Assembly (NCBI GenBank): GCA_964016885.1
Contig: OZ024750.1
Span: 32,674,001-32,738,000, forward strand
DNA from: Eledone cirrhosa
Lineage: Eukaryota
DNA: 64,000 nucleotides
Direction: 5' to 3'
Made by a program: the position numbers and the translations under genes. The notes below the pieces were generated by a model, which saw nothing but the letters and a program-made list of their open reading frames with translations, did not search any database and had not been told where the DNA came from. Each line of letters begins with the position of its first letter. Within the stretch, counting starts at the first letter, position 1. Below are positions 63,519 to 64,000 of the stretch, piece by piece.

Positions 63519-64000
63519 TAGGTTTTTTTTCTAAAATGAAAAAAAAACGAGATGTCCTACACAAGTGAAAGTATAAGGAAAAAAGATGAAATCGAAAATG
63601 CAACTGGAGCTTTTTAAGAATATTTATTTGGTTCCTTTACCAGTCTTGCAGTTCTTATGCTTTTCAAAAGTAGAATTGAGATGGAGGGTTTCTGGTTTTT
63701 CTTGCATATATATATATATATATGTCTAAAGAGAGAGGGAGATAGGGAGAGATTTGTCCCAAAAGTAAAGGTACTGATTTTCCCATGTATATATATATTC
63801 TGAGTAGAAAATTAGCAATATTTTAAAGTTTCAGTTTTGTCACTTTATCTGGCAAGAAGATGAAGCAACCAAGCTGAGACTTCAATGACACTACAACATT
63901 TATATTGAGAAAATATAATTTGACTCTAACTACAAGTATTGAGTGTTCATTCAATTAACATTTCAGCCATCTTTATATATATATATATACAAACACACAC

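Overview
AT-rich, repeat-dense animal genomic DNA, most consistent with a coleoid cephalopod (octopus-like; inferred from CORE-type tRNA-SINEs with RTE tails, abundant RTE LINEs and very high (TA)n/(GAT)n content). It reads as intronic or intergenic. No host multi-exon gene can be assembled; there are only two candidate frame-preserving microexons (46930-46974 +, 56739-56780 -). The only long real ORF is a 5'-truncated RTE LINE reverse transcriptase (6008-7363) with a PHD-type C4HC3 finger inside the RT. Most other ORF-track entries are microsatellite or SINE artefacts. Features the ORF track misses: (1) a fragmented DIRS1-type retrotransposon (~41.7-46.4 kb; RT YIDD, RNase H, adenine-methyltransferase motifs) whose own coding sequence appears to have expanded into 70-bp and 44-bp minisatellites; (2) at least seven hammerhead-ribozyme motifs in Penelope-like terminal-repeat remnants next to (TA)n, including an inverted pair with the compensated U3-A8 core; (3) Dong/R4-type restriction-like-endonuclease fragments in (TAA)n; (4) two SINE families showing LINE-tail swapping, nesting and an apparent 3' transduction; (5) piggyBac-type (TTAA) and hAT-type (8-bp TSD) MITEs and several minisatellites. 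All calls come from manual reading and translation; no searches were run.
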